The translations under genes and the position numbers were made by a program. Shown here piece after piece: positions 51,501 through 63,649 of a stretch of 64,000 nucleotides of DNA. How positions within the stretch are numbered: the first letter of the stretch is position 1; the number at the start of each line of letters is the position of its first letter. The notes under the pieces are model-generated. The model was not told the origin of the DNA. It made no database searches and worked only from the letters and a program-made list of their open reading frames with translations. This stretch comes from Macrostomum lignano (taxonomy: Eukaryota): assembly GCA_002269645.1 (NCBI GenBank), contig NIVC01002822.1, positions 62,001 to 126,000 on the forward strand. Reading direction: 5' to 3'.

Positions 51501-54500
51501 ACACTCGCAGATCAGCCGCCAAACCCCCCGGGGATTCGGGGAAACTCGGGATATCCCCAAATTCAAATTCTGCACCTACAGAGAGAGGCCAGCCCATGGC
51601 CGGAAGGCAGGCGGAAAATTCAAATTTAGCTGTTTATTTACTGTATTTATCATATCAGATAGATCTGTATAAATAATACTACTTATGACTGAAAAAGAGT
51701 AGAGATGTTGAAACATTTATGGAAAAAGTTAATAAAAAGAAAAAAAAGAAAATGAATGCTGCTAAACTTGGACTTCAGACTCACCTCGAGCAGCGAATGC
51801 AGGGTGTCATTTTCGAACACCGACTGCAGCAGGTCTCGATCGCCTTCGTTGCACTCGGTGAGACACTGCATATCCTCCAGGCTGTCCAGCACTGCTGACA
51901 CGGCTGCAGAGTTTGCATGGGGTGGCATTTTCGAAGGCTATGGAGACGATAGGAGCAATATAAAACTGCCTTTCTGGGAGGCTGGCCCAGCAACTGGGGA
52001 TCTGGGAGGCTGGCCCAGCAACTGAGGATCTGGGAGGCTGGCCCAGCAACTGAGGATCTGGGAGGCTGGCCCAGCAACTGGGGATCTGGGAGGCTGGCCC
52101 AGCCACTGAAAATCTGGGAGGCTGGCCCAGCAACTAGGAATCTGGGAGGCTGGCCCAGCAAATGAGGATCTGGGAGGCTGGCCCAGAAACTGAGGATCTG
52201 GGAGGCTAGCCCAGCAACTGAGAATCTGGGAGGCTGGCCCAGAAACTGAGGATCTGGGAGAGTCCCAACATGAGGAACTAAAAATGTCTGTACGCAAATG
52301 ATATATATAGTACTAATACAGCAGGCCTCTGATCAAGCGAAGACTGTACGCAGCGCTCACTATGGCCCAGACAAATCGGCAATCAGCAAAAGGTGCTGAC
52401 AGATGCAGGGCCAACTCTCGGCTGCACATAACTGAGTTCAATCTCTCACAAGTGTAACATAGTCTGTAGCTGCGGGTGGGGGCTACGACTGCCGGAAATT
52501 GTGAGTCACTTGATATATTATATTTTCATTACTCTACTATATTACTTACTACTTACTAAATTTAAATTACTGATATTAAGCAACACAAGGATCTGAGAGT
52601 CTGTCTACGAGCATGGGGATCTGGGAGAGTCTGTGTTCCAGCATGGGGATCTGGGAGAGTCTGTGTTCCAGCATGGGGATCTGGGAAAGTCTGTGTCCCA
52701 GCATGAGGATCTGGGAGAGTCTGTGTTCCAGCATGAGGATCTGGGAGAGTCTGTGTCCCAGCATGAGGATCTGGGAGAGTCTGTGTCCCAGCATGAGGAT
52801 CTGGGAGAGTCTGTGTCCCAGCATGAGGATCTGGGAGAGTCTGTGTCCCAGCATGGGGATCTGGGAGAGTCTGTGTCCCAGCATGAGGATCTGGGAGAGT
52901 CTGTGTCCCAACATGATGATCTGGGAGAGTCTGTGTCAACACAGGGATCTGGGAGAGTCTGTGTCCCAGCATGAGGATCTGGGAGAGTCTGTGTCCCAGC
53001 ATGGGGATCTGGGAGAGTCTGTGTCCCAGCATGAGGATCTGGGAGAGTCTGTGTCCCAGCATGGGGATCTGGGAGAGTCTGTGTTCCAGCATGGGGATCT
53101 GGGAGAGTCTGTGTTCCAGCATGGGGATCTGGGAGAGTCTGTGTTCCAGCATGGGGATCTGGGAGAGTCTGTGTTCCAGCATGGGGATCTGGGAGAGTCT
53201 GTGTTCCAGCATGGGGATCTGGGAGAGTCTGTGTCCCAGCATGGGGATCTGGAAGTCTTTCTCCCAACATGGGGATCTAAGAAAGTCTGTACGCAACGCT
53301 CACTATGGCCCAGACAAATCGGCAATCAGCAAAAGATGCTGACAGATGCAGGGCCAACTCTCGGCTGCACATAACTGAGTTCAATCTCTCACAAGTGTAA
53401 CATAGTCTGTAGCTGGAAAAGTTTCAGTGCTAAGACTGCCGGAAGTTGTGAGAACTCTGCTTTAACCAAGCTTCTGCATCTGTAAGCTGTCATAAGATTT
53501 CGAGCCTACAATTCAATAACCAACCAACCTCAAGCCTGGTCTCTGAGTGTGGATCTAAGAACAATTTTAACACTTGGAAAAATTAACTTTTAGAGCTGAG
53601 GAAAGGAAAAATCTGACAGTGCAAATGTCAATGCAGCAACGGCTTCTCAGAAGCTGGGAGAATTCTGCAAACTGAGCCGAATTGGCAAGGCAATCCATCA
53701 AAACAGTAAATAATTAACAAGTTTCAACTGGCACAGTTTATCCCAATCATGCTGACGATGCTAACAGAATCTGCCTCTCTGCTCTTTCAGGCCTGGAGAA
53801 TCTGCCTCTCCGCTATTTCAGGCCTTGAGAATCTGCCTCTCCGCTATTTCAGGCCTTGAGAATCTGCCTCTCCGCTCCATCAGGCCTTGAGAATCTGCCT
53901 CTCCGCTCCTTCAGGCCTTGAGAATCTGCCTCTCCACTTTTTCAGTCCTTTAGAATCTGCCTCTCCGCCTCTCCGCAATTTCAGGCCTTGAGAATCTGCC
54001 TCTCCGCTCTTTCAGGCCTTGAGAATCTGCCTCTCCGCTCTTTCAGGCCTTGAGAATCTGCCTCTCCGCTATTTCAGGCCTTGAGAATCTGCCTCTCCGC
54101 TCCATCAGGCCTTGAGAATCTGCCTCTCCGCTCCTTCAGGCCTTGAGAATCTGCCTCTCCACTTTTTCAGTCCTTTAGAATCTGCCTCTCCACTTTTTCA
54201 GGCCTTGAGAATCTGCCTCTCCGCTCTTTCAGTCCTTGAGAATCTGCCTCTCTGCTCTTTCAGTACTTGAGAATCTGCCTCTCCGCTCTTTCAGTCCTTG
54301 AGAATCTGCCTCTCCGCTCTTTCAGTCCTTGATAATCTGCCTCTCCGCTATTTCAGGCCTTGAGAATCTGCCTCTCCGCCGCCTCAGTCCTTGAGAATCT
54401 GCCTCTCCGCCGCCTCAGTCCTTGAGAATCTGCCTCTCCGCCGCCTCAGTCCTTGAGAATCTGCCTCTCCGCTCTTTCAGGCCTTGAGAATCTGCCTCTC

Positions 54501-57500
54501 CGCTCTTTCAGTCCTTGATAATCTGCCTCTCCGCTATTTCAGGCCTTGAGAATCTGCCTCTCCGCTCTTTCAGGCCTTGAGAATCTGCCTCTCCGCTCTT
54601 TCAGGCCTTGAGAATCTGCCTCTCCACTCTTTCAGGCCTTGAGAATCTGCCTCTCCGCTATTTCAGGCCTTGAGAATCTGCCTCTCCGCTATTTCAGTCT
54701 TTGAGAATCTGCCTCTCCGCCGCCTCAGTCCTTGAGAATCTGCCTCTCCGCCGCCTCAGTCCTTGAGAATCTGCCTCTCCGCCGCCTCAGTCCTTGAGAA
54801 TCTGCCTCTCCGCCGCCTCAGTCCTTGAGAATCTGCCTCTCCGCTCTTTCAGGCCTTGAGAATCTGCCTCTCCGCTCTTTCAGTCCTTGATAATCTGCCT
54901 CTCCGCTATTTCAGGCCTTGAGAATCTGCCTCTCCGCTCTTTCAGGCCTTGAGAATCTGCCTCTCCACTCTTTCAGGCCTTGAGAATCTGCCTCTCCGCT
55001 ATTTCAGGCCTTGAGAATCTGCCTCTCCGCTATTTCAGTCTTTGAGAATCTGCCTCTCCGCCGCCTCAGTCCTTGAGAATCTGCCTCTCCGCCGCCTCAG
55101 TCCTTGAGAATCTGTCTTCACTCTTAATCTATCAGTTTCTGCACGCAGAAGAACACACAAAGGTTAAATATCTACCTGACACAGACGAAGCCAAAGAGCC
55201 GCGCAATATCATGATTCTTTAGCATTGAAAAGTTGCTAGAAAGAAATTGCTTTTAGCAGCAAGAAGAGAAATGCTGAGGACTGCATCGACTAACAGATGG
55301 AGAGCAGAGAAACGTCAGGAAATGCAGTAGTAAGCCTTCTAGAGGGACGGGCAAGTGGGTTGCTGGCGGAGGCTGGAAAGCCGATAGGACAGCGGAAGGG
55401 GGGATCGCCCCGAGGCAGGCAGAGATTGGGAAATCTCGGCGGCTGCGGTGGGGAAATTAACGAGATGGGAGGGGAGAAGGGCGAGTCAGATGGAGAACAG
55501 GAGCTTCAGACAGGGCTGGGAACAGGAAGAACCGGACTGGAGAGGCAGCCTGGTCGATGATATCAAGACTTTTAGCATCACTGGTGTGAGCCATGCGACT
55601 GCCAGCGTGTAAGGCGCTATGAGTCCGTCACACAGGTAACAGGGACACGAACTACTGGGGAGAGGCGGAGGGAGACGGGGAGGTCAGACATTCTCCGTGT
55701 GGGACGATTCTCACAGTGGATTTGGGGCGATTCTCACAGTGGATTTGAGACGATTCTCACAGTGGATTTGAGACGATTCTCACAGTGGATTTGGGACGAT
55801 TCTCACAGTGGATTTGGGACGATTCTCACAGTGGATTTGGGACGATTCTCACAGTGGATTTGGGACGATTCTCACAGTGGATTTGGGACGATTCTCACAG
55901 TGGATTTGGGGGCGATTCTCACAGTGGATTTGGGACGATTCTCACAGTGGATTTGGGGCGATTCTCACAGTGGATTTGGGGCGATTCTCACAGTGAATTT
56001 GGGACGATTCTCACAGTGAATTTGAGACGATTCTCACAGTGGATTTGAGACGATACTCACAGTGGATTTGGGGCGATTCCCACACTGGATTTGAAACGAT
56101 TCTCACAGCGGATTTCAGGCGGTTCTCACAGTGGATTTGAGAAGATTCTCACAGTGGATTTGAGACGATTCTCACAGTGGATTTGGGACGATTCTCACAG
56201 TGGATTTGGGACGATTCCCACAGTGGATTTGGGGCAATTTTTACAGAGGATTTTAGGCGATTCTCACAGTGGATTTGAAACGATTCTCATAGTGGATTTG
56301 AGACGATTCTCACAGTGGATTTGAGACGATTCTCACAGTGGATTTGGAGCGATTCTCACTGTGAATTTGAGACGATTCTCACAGTGGATTTGAAACGATT
56401 CTCATAGTGGATTTGAGACGATTCTCACAGTGGATTTGAGACGATTCTCACAGTGGATTTGGAGCGATTCTCACTGTGAATTTGAGACGATTCTCACAGT
56501 GGATTTGGAACGATTCTCACTGTGAATTTGAGACGATTCTGACAGTGGATTTGAGACGATTCTCACAGTGGATTTGAGACGATTCTCACAGTTGTTTTGA
56601 AACGATTCTCACATTGGATTTGGAGCGATTTTTACAGAGGATTTTAGGCGATTCTCACAGTGAATTTGGGACGATTCTCACAGTGGATTTGAGACGATTC
56701 TCACAGTTGTTTTGAGACGATTCTCACAGTGGATTTGGAACGATTCTCACTGTGAATTTGAGACGATTCTGACAGTGGATTTGAGACGATTCTCACAGTG
56801 GATTTGAGACGATTCTCACAGTTGTTTTGAAACGATTCTCACATTGGATTTGGAGCGATTTTTACAGAGGATTTTAGGCGATTCTCACAGTGAATTTGGG
56901 ACGATTCTCACAGTGGATTTGAGACGATTCTCACAGTGGATTTGGAGCGATTTTTAGAGGATTTCAGGCGATTCTCACAGTGGATTTGAGACGATTCTCA
57001 CAGTGGATTTGGGGGCGATTCTCACAGTGGATTTGAAACGATTCTCACAGTGGATTTGAGACGATTCTCACAGTCGATTTAGGGGCGATTCTCAGTGGAT
57101 TTGGAGGCTATTCTCCAAATCCAATTAGTGGATTTGGGATAAACTAATAACATAGCAGTACCAACCTGCCGAGGTGACGTCATCCTCAGCGGGATCGGCG
57201 GCCGAGGCCGCGGTGTCCGCATCGGCGTAGCTGGCGGACCACTTGGCGCTGGACACGGCTGCCAGGACGGCGCCCTTCAGCTTCCGCCTCGAATTGAACT
57301 TCTTCATCTCTTCCACCGTCTCGCTCAGGTGCAGCTTCGGCACCCGGCTGCGCTCGTGGATCCACGGGTGCCGCAGCGCCTCCTCCACCGTCAAGCGTCG
57401 CTGCGGATCGACATCCAGTAGCCGGCTCACCAGGTCCTTCGCCTCTGCCGAGATGTGGTCCCAGACTCGAGGCTTCTTCTGCCAGAGTTCGATTGGCGGG

Positions 57501-57674
57501 GTGGCGCTGCTGCCTTAATTAGTGCTCACAATGGGCTCCATCCGGTCATGCAGTGAGTCCTTGTCTAATTCACGGTAATTGTCCGATAGTGTACTACTAC
57601 TACTACTACCACTACTACTACTACCACTACTACTACCACTACTACTACTACCACTACTACTACTACCACTACTA

Positions 57675-57741
<67 letters not shown>

Positions 57742-57887
57742 CACTACTACTACTACCACTACTACTACCACTACTACTACTACTAGCACTACTACTACTA
57801 CCACTACTACTACTACCACTACTACTACTACTAGCACTACTACTACCACTACTACTACTACCACTACTACTACTACTACCACTACTA

Positions 57888-57963
<76 letters not shown>

Positions 57964-60900
57964 CACTAATACTACTACTACCACTACTACTACTACTACC
58001 ACTACTTACTACTACTACTACTGCTGATTGGGGCTGAAGGCTAATCAAATTCTTGCTACCACGAGCCACTATAAGCAGAGGACAGCCACTCACCCGATAC
58101 CGGCCGCTGAGAATCTGCCTGAACAGCACATCCTTGGTGCCGTAGAAGGGCAGCGAGCCGGTCAACAGGATGTACAGCAGGACTCCGCAGCCCCAGGCGT
58201 CCACCGGCTTGCCGTAGGCCTCCCGCCGAATGACTTCGGGCGCCATGAAGTGCGGCGTGCCGATGCGGCCTTTGAATCGCGAGCGGAACGGATGGCACGG
58301 TGCGGTGAAATGCTTCTATTATAAATTTCTACTGTATATAAATAGTTATCTATAAACTATTAATGCGGTTAAATCCTACAGACACGAGAGCTGTTTTTGA
58401 AGCGAATCCAGGCACTATTAACCAGCTCAAGTCTAGTTCAAATCGGTCAAGTTTAGGATTTTTTAAATTTGACTAGCGAGCGGCGCCTTTTAAATTATAA
58501 CAAAACTGAGCCATGCAAAATAAATTTAAAACAAAAAAACTGAAGCTCACACAAGCAGTTAAAATTCTGGTCTACTGTAATATTATCTCTGTGTATCACT
58601 ACTCACTATTAAAAGCAGTCAGTAGTGTGGCAACGCAGCGTTTAAAGGAAATTGAAGATTAACACCGGATTAAATAACCAAAGAACAAATTGGGGGGTCA
58701 AATAAGATTATAAGCCAACGCTTCCAATGCGCTTATTAGATAATCCGCCATAGCCAGCCGGTTATTGCTGTTAGGCTAAGTATAATAATTAACCGAGAAT
58801 AAAATTATGAAAACATGAAATGAGAAATCAGAATTAAGAACAAAAGCTGTAAGGCATAGCAGCAGCACACGGCAAAGCTCAAGTCCTCAAACCCATTGTC
58901 CACATCAGTTATCACACACACACACAGCACCGTGTTGTTTAGTTAAAATGTTGTGCAGCTTCTTACCCAGCTGGTCATCTCTCAGGCTCACAAAGATTTC
59001 CTGCTCTACTTTAACTGGAGTGTCTGCAATAAGCGCGCGGTGCGGGCAGAGGGGAGAGGCAGGTTGGCAAGCACAATTATCAGGTCTTATTGAATTCTTC
59101 TTCAAAATTTTCAAAGTATCTTCTATCATCTAGATTCTGTGAAGGAAAGACAAGAGTTGGAGAATTGGGAAGCAGGTGAGATAAGAGATTAAGAATCTGG
59201 GAGACACGTGAGATGAGAGACTAAGAACCGGGAGGCAAGTAAGATTAAAGACTGAGAATCGGGGAGACAGGTTGGATGAGAGACTGAGAATCGGAAAGAC
59301 AGGTGAGATGAGAGACTGAGAATCGGGGAGACAGGTGAGATGAGAGACTGACAATCGAAGAGACAGGTGAGATGAGACACTGAGAATCGGGGAGACAGGT
59401 GAGATGAGACACTGAGAATCGGGGAGACATGTGAGATAAGACACTGAGAATCGGGAGGCAGGTAAAACGAAACCCGAGTGCAGAATGTGCGGCAGTAACA
59501 CAACTCAGCATAACTCAGCGTACTGCCAGTGCTGACGGTCCAGCTAGATACTGTAAAAATTTAAAGTACAAGCAGCAAAAGCAATAAAATAGCGGAAGTG
59601 TTGCAGAAAAAATGTTGCATAGTAAATGAAAAAAATTCACTTCTACAATTGACAAAACTATTTCGATTCACACAAAAGCAGAACAAACATCAAGAGTACT
59701 AAGTTGAAGCCAAATTAAAGCAGTTTCTTAGAATCTACGAGTGCATGACTGGGCGGTGTGAGGCCTCATCCGGACAGACTTCACAATTATCAACTATTTC
59801 GAATATTTTACGTTTTTTGAAACTCTTACGACCAAAACTACAGCTCATGGGATAGGGATCACAGATCATGGGATAGTGGGATAGGGTTCACAGATCATGG
59901 AATAGGGACCACAGATCATGGGATAGGGATCACAGATCATGGAATAGGGGTCAAAGATCATGGGATAGGGATCACAGATCATGGGATAGGGATCACAGAT
60001 CATGGGATAGGGATCACAGATCATGGAATACGGATCACAGATCATGGAATACGGATCACAGATCATGGGATAGGGGTCAAAGATCATGGGATAGGGATCA
60101 CAGCTCATGGGATAGGGATCACAGATCATGGGATAGGGACCACAGATCATGGGATAGGGATCACAGATCATGGAATAGGGGTCAAAGATCATGGGATAGG
60201 GATCACAGATCATGGGATAGGGATCACAGATCATGGGATAGGGATCACAGATCATGGGATAGGGATCACAAATCATGGGATAGGGATCACAGATCATGGG
60301 ATAGGGATCACAGATCATGGAATACGGATCACAGATCATGGGATAGAGATCACAGATCATGGGATAGGGATCACAGATCATGGGATAGGGGTCAAAGATC
60401 ATGGGATAGTGGGATAGGGATCACAGATCATGGGATAGGGATCACAGATCATGGAATACGGATCACAGATCATGGGATAGGGATCACAGATCATGGGATA
60501 GGGATCACAAATCATGGGATAGGGATCACAGATCATGGGATAGGGATCACAGATCATGGAATACGGATCACAGATCATGGGATAGAGATCACAGATCATG
60601 GGATAGGGATCACAGATCATGGGATAGGGGTCAAAGATCATGGGATAGTGGGATAGGGATCACAGATCATGGGATAGGGATCACAGATCATGGAATACGG
60701 ATCACAGATCATGGGATAGGGATCACAGATCATGGGATAGGGATCACAGATCATGGGATAGGGATCACAGATCATGGGATAGAGATCACAGATCATGGGA
60801 TAGGGATCACAGATCATGGGATAGGGATCACAGATCATGGGATAGTGGGATAGGGATCACAGATCATGGGATAGGGATCACAGATCATGGAATACGGATC

Positions 60901-63104
60901 ACAGATCATGGGATAGGGATCACAGATCATGGGATAGGGATCACAGATCATGGGATAGGGATCACAGATCATGGGATAGGGATCACAGATCATGGGATAG
61001 AGATCACAGATCATGGGATAGGGATCACAGCTCATGGGATAGGGATTACAGCTCATGGGATAGGGATTACAGATCATAGGATAGGGATCACAGCTCATGG
61101 GGTAGGGATCATAGATCATGGGATAGGGATCAAAGATCATGGAATAGGGATCACAGATCATGGGGTAGGGGTCACAAATCATGGGGTAGGGATCACAGAT
61201 CATGAGATAGGGATCACATATCATGTGATAGGGATCACAGCTGAATGAGACAAAGATCGTGATGGCAGGTGAACTATAAGACACATCTATAAGACAGAGC
61301 AGCAAGAAAAAGCAAACAAAATCTCAGGTGAGATCTCACCCCCAGGAACGAGCCCGCTGCTGTCGAGCTGTATGGCGATGCCAAAACCGCCGAGTTTCAC
61401 AGGCGCCGAGTTCTCCTTGGAGTGCAGCAGCACGCAGTGCGGCTTCAGGTCGCGGTGGATGATGTTGTGCTCGTGACAGTAGCGCACCGCCTCCAGGATC
61501 TGCCGCATGTAGTGCCTGCAGAGGTGACGGCGTGTGAGCTGAAGCAGCAACTTAGAGATCCCTTGAGATACCCAGGGGGAGCTGCCGTGACAAACTGCTA
61601 GCATTCCCTGTCACACTGCCAGGCATTCCCTGTCACACTGCCAGGCATTCCCTGTCACACTGCCAGGCATTCCCTGTCACACTGCTAGGCATTCCCTGTC
61701 ACACTGCTAGGTATTCCCTGTCACACTGCTAGGCATTCACTGTCCCACACTGCTAGGCATTCACTGTCACACACTGCTAGGCATTCACTGTCACACACTG
61801 CTAGGCATTCACTGTCACACACTGCTAGGCATTTACTGTCACACACTGCTAGGCATTCACTGTCACACACTGCTAGGCATTCACTGTCACACACTGCTAG
61901 GCATTCACTGTCACACACTGCTAGCATTCACTATCACACACTGCTAGCATTCCCTGTCACACACTGCTAGGCATTCACTGTCACACACTGCTAGGCATTC
62001 ACTGTCACACACTGCTAGGCATTCACTGTCACACACTGCTAGGCATTCACTGTCACACACTGCTAGCATTCACTGTCACACACTGCTAGGCATTCACTGT
62101 CACACACTGCTAGGCATTCACTGTCACACACTGCTAGCATTCACTGTCACACACTGCTAGCATTCACTGTCACACACTGCTAGGCATTCACTGTCACACA
62201 CTGCTAGGCATTCCCTGTCACACTGCTAGGCATTCACTGTCACACACTGCTAGGCATTCCCTATCACACACTGCTAGGCATTCACTGTCACACACTGCTA
62301 GGCATTCCCTGTCACACTGCTAGGCATTCACTGTCACACACTGCTAGGCATTCCCTATCACACACTGCTAGGCATTCACTGTCACACACTGCTAGGCATT
62401 CCCTGTCACACTGCTAGGCATTCACTATCACACACTGCTAGGCATTCACTATCACACACTGCTAGGCATTCCCTGTCACACACTGCTAGGCATTCACTGT
62501 CACACACTGCTAGGCATTCCCTGTCACACTGCTAGGCATTCACTATCACACACTGCTAGGCATTCCCTGTCACACACTGCTAGGCATTCACTGTCACACA
62601 CTGCTAGCATTCACTGTCACACACTGCTAGCATTCACTGTCACACACTGCTAGCATTCACTGTCACACACTGCTAGCATTCACTGTCACACACTGCTAGC
62701 ATTCACTGTCACACACTGCTAGCATTCACTGTCACACACTGCTAGGCATTCACTGTCACACACTGCTAGGCATTCACTGTCACACACTGCTAGCATTCAC
62801 TGTCACACACTGCTAGCATTCACTGTCACACACTGCTAGGCATTCACTGTCACACACTGCTAGGCATTCACTATCACACACTGCTAGGCATTCCCTGTCA
62901 CACACTGCTAGCATTCACTGTCACACACTGCTAGCATTCACTGTCACACACTGCTAGCATTCACTGTCACACACTGCTAGCATTCACTGCCCGAAAGCAG
63001 AGTACAAAAGCAACGCTGCGGCTTACGTGGCGACACTCTCGCTGAACACGAAACCGGCAGTGGCCCGCTTGACAATCTCGAAGCAGAGATCGGCGCCGTC
63101 CATG
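38436..63104 (-). CDS. CASK: CASK / LIN-2 peripheral plasma membrane MAGUK (CaMK-like, 2xL27, PDZ, SH3, HOOK, GuK); 5' exons lie beyond the window
   Basis: 14 phase-consistent GT-AG exons. [84 protein letters not shown] and WVPVNWVY* are all near-identical to animal CASK. Confidence 0.97.
38665..39095. repeat. 30-nt minisatellite GTAGACAGGTGGAAGTTGACAGAGTGAGAG plus degenerate tail
   Basis: Fills the last CASK intron. Confidence 0.93.
39108..39406 (-). CDS. CASK: CASK exon (GuK)
   Basis: 299 nt; HTTRPP...[16 protein letters not shown]...FIAAP; donor AAT|GTGAGC. Confidence 0.93.
39530..40430. repeat. 23-nt minisatellite GGTCACTCAGGACGGGTTCCAAT (~39 copies)
   Basis: Direct reading. Confidence 0.97.
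40504..40891 (-). CDS. CASK: CASK exon (SH3 end, HOOK, GuK start)
   Basis: 388 nt; [10 protein letters not shown]...[17 protein letters not shown]...FAYPIP. Confidence 0.97.
40930..41360. repeat. 25-nt minisatellite AAAGGTCACATGGGTCAAGTGGGTC
   Basis: About 17 degenerate units. Confidence 0.93.
41462..41593 (-). CDS. CASK: CASK exon (SH3)
   Basis: 132 nt; [11 protein letters not shown]...[10 protein letters not shown]. Confidence 0.97.
41945..42390. repeat. 28-nt minisatellite CTGAGGATCTGGGAGGCTGGCCCAGCAA
   Basis: About 16 units; same family as 51975-52262. Confidence 0.97.
42760..43305. repeat. (GTGAATGA)-based composite satellite
   Basis: Direct reading. Confidence 0.9.
43334..43402 (-). 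CDS. CASK: CASK exon (PDZ end)
   Basis: 69 nt; [23 protein letters not shown]. Confidence 0.95.
43630..44135. repeat. ~30-nt degenerate minisatellite GTACATTGCTCATGATAATGTGTACAG..
   Basis: About 15 units. Confidence 0.85.
44640..45295. repeat. C/T-rich satellite with core CTCACCTGTCTACCTCTC
   Basis: Inverted relative of 38665-39095. Confidence 0.88.
45660..45745 (-). CDS. CASK: CASK exon (PDZ)
   Basis: 86 nt; [29 protein letters not shown] (not in the ORF track). Confidence 0.95.
45910..46750. repeat. Composite satellite of TGAGGATCCGTGAAGA / TGGGGATCCG modules
   Basis: Fills the PDZ-domain intron. Confidence 0.92.
46838..46916 (-). CDS. CASK: CASK exon (PDZ)
   Basis: 79 nt; [26 protein letters not shown]. 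Confidence 0.97.
47250..47390. repeat. (CACT/CATT/CAGT)n microsatellite
   Basis: Direct reading. Confidence 0.9.
47449..47637 (-). CDS. CASK: CASK exon (L27-C end, PDZ start)
   Basis: 189 nt; [16 protein letters not shown]...[10 protein letters not shown]. Confidence 0.97.
47720..48000. repeat. 23-nt minisatellite CCAGTGTGGCGCCGATGGGGAAA
   Basis: About 12 units. Confidence 0.92.
48340..48610. repeat. (GACA)n-type microsatellite
   Basis: Direct reading. Confidence 0.95.
48623..48721 (-). CDS. CASK: Candidate alternative first coding exon of a short CASK isoform ([33 protein letters not shown])
   Basis: ATG at 48721, 33 GC3-rich codons, donor TGG|GTGAGC in phase 0 matching the phase-0 acceptor at 47637. 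Upstream TAG|CAG acceptor at 48779 and a putative 53-nt 5'UTR intron. Confidence 0.5.
48832..49020 (-). promoter_or_regulatory. Putative internal CASK promoter / 5'UTR exon
   Basis: CCAAT at 49015-49019, TAATAAAAG (minus strand) at 49012-49004, GC box at 48892-48899, CpG-rich unique sequence, donor GAG|GTAGGA at 48831. Confidence 0.35.
49105..49400. repeat. (CAGT)n microsatellite
   Basis: About 70 units. Confidence 0.97.
49960..50360. repeat. 21-25-nt minisatellite GGGGTATTTTGGCGCCAAGAAAGAA
   Basis: About 16 units. Confidence 0.92.
50452..50628 (-). CDS. CASK: CASK exon (L27-N end, L27-C start)
   Basis: 177 nt; LYDHIN...[12 protein letters not shown]. Confidence 0.93.
50755..51320. repeat. 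23-nt minisatellite CACTGGGGGAATTCAGAGTGTGG
   Basis: About 24 units. Confidence 0.93.
51785..51903 (-). CDS. CASK: CASK exon (L27-N)
   Basis: 119 nt; [12 protein letters not shown]...LHSLLE. Confidence 0.93.
51975..52262. repeat. 28-nt minisatellite CTGAGGATCTGGGAGGCTGGCCCAGCAA
   Basis: About 10 units. Confidence 0.95.
52605..53255. repeat. 30-nt minisatellite ATGAGGATCTGGGAGAGTCTGTGTCCCAGC
   Basis: About 21 units. Confidence 0.95.
53765..55115. repeat. 31-nt satellite GAGAATCTGCCTCTCCGCTCTTTCAGGCCTT (family of 21525-24845)
   Basis: About 43 units; some are near-identical to the Ig-intron unit (CCGCCTCAGTCCTT). Confidence 0.96.
55700..57100. repeat. 23-nt satellite GATTCTCACAGTGGATTTGAGAC
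   Basis: About 60 units, with a 230-nt higher-order block (56591 and 56821). Confidence 0.96.
57166..57478 (-). CDS. CASK: CASK exon (CaMK C-lobe, CaM-binding segment)
   Basis: 313 nt; [12 protein letters not shown]...[14 protein letters not shown]. Confidence 0.95.
57590..58020. repeat. (TAC/CAC)n trinucleotide repeat
   Basis: Source of the poly-V, poly-Y, poly-L and poly-S ORFs in the track. Confidence 0.97.
58094..58269 (-). CDS. CASK: CASK exon (Ca[11 protein letters not shown]...YR)
   Basis: 176 nt, phase 1-0. Confidence 0.97.
59160..59460. repeat. 32-nt minisatellite CTGAGAATCGGGGAGACAGGTGAGATGAGAGA
   Basis: About 9 units. Confidence 0.9.
59845..61240. repeat. 21-nt satellite GGGATCACAGATCATGGGATA with higher-order blocks
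   Basis: About 65 units. Confidence 0.97.
61340..61515 (-). CDS. CASK: CASK exon (CaMK catalytic loop, GFG)
   Basis: 176 nt; [27 protein letters not shown]...GGFG. Confidence 0.97.
61600..62990. repeat. 22-24-nt satellite GGCATTCACTGTCACACACTGCTA
   Basis: About 59 units filling the intron. Confidence 0.97.
63027..63104 (-). CDS. CASK: CASK exon (CaMK domain, [25 protein letters not shown])
   Basis: 78 nt, CCGCAG acceptor, GTAAGC donor, phase 2-2. Confidence 0.95.
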
Positions 63105-63649
63105 CTGCGGTGAACAGACGGGGATCGGTGCGGCTTGAGACCTTAGATAGTTTGAACTACTAACAAGTAGCATAACTCATATTTTAAGCAGAACAAATTT
63201 TCTGCTTTAAAATTTTCCAACTTGTCCCGCCTCCAGTGAAGCAGTTCCGGAAGCTTAAAGTGTGAAAAGCAAAGACAAAATCTTGCTTTCAGCATAGCAA
63301 ACCGAACTGGATGAAAGATCCACTGACAGCCGGAGGGCGGTGGAGACTGAAAAAATGCAGTCTTTTCCCAATAATCTGCGCCTCAAAAACTATCACAATG
63401 CGCACTGACTGCTTGCTAAGCAAATAGGTGGGCTCAGCAAGCGGCTGGCATTGTGGGCTCGGAGAGACGGAAAATAATTTGCACCTTTTTAAAAATTTGT
63501 TCCAAATTCAATTATTTTGGCATGTGAATACTGCGGCATCACAAAAGCACATTTAAATGGGGAGCTTATGGACTGCCTTGGACACAAAACTCAAAGGGCT
63601 TGTGGACGCATGAAATACATGTATTGTAATTGCAGAAAGCAGAGGACAC

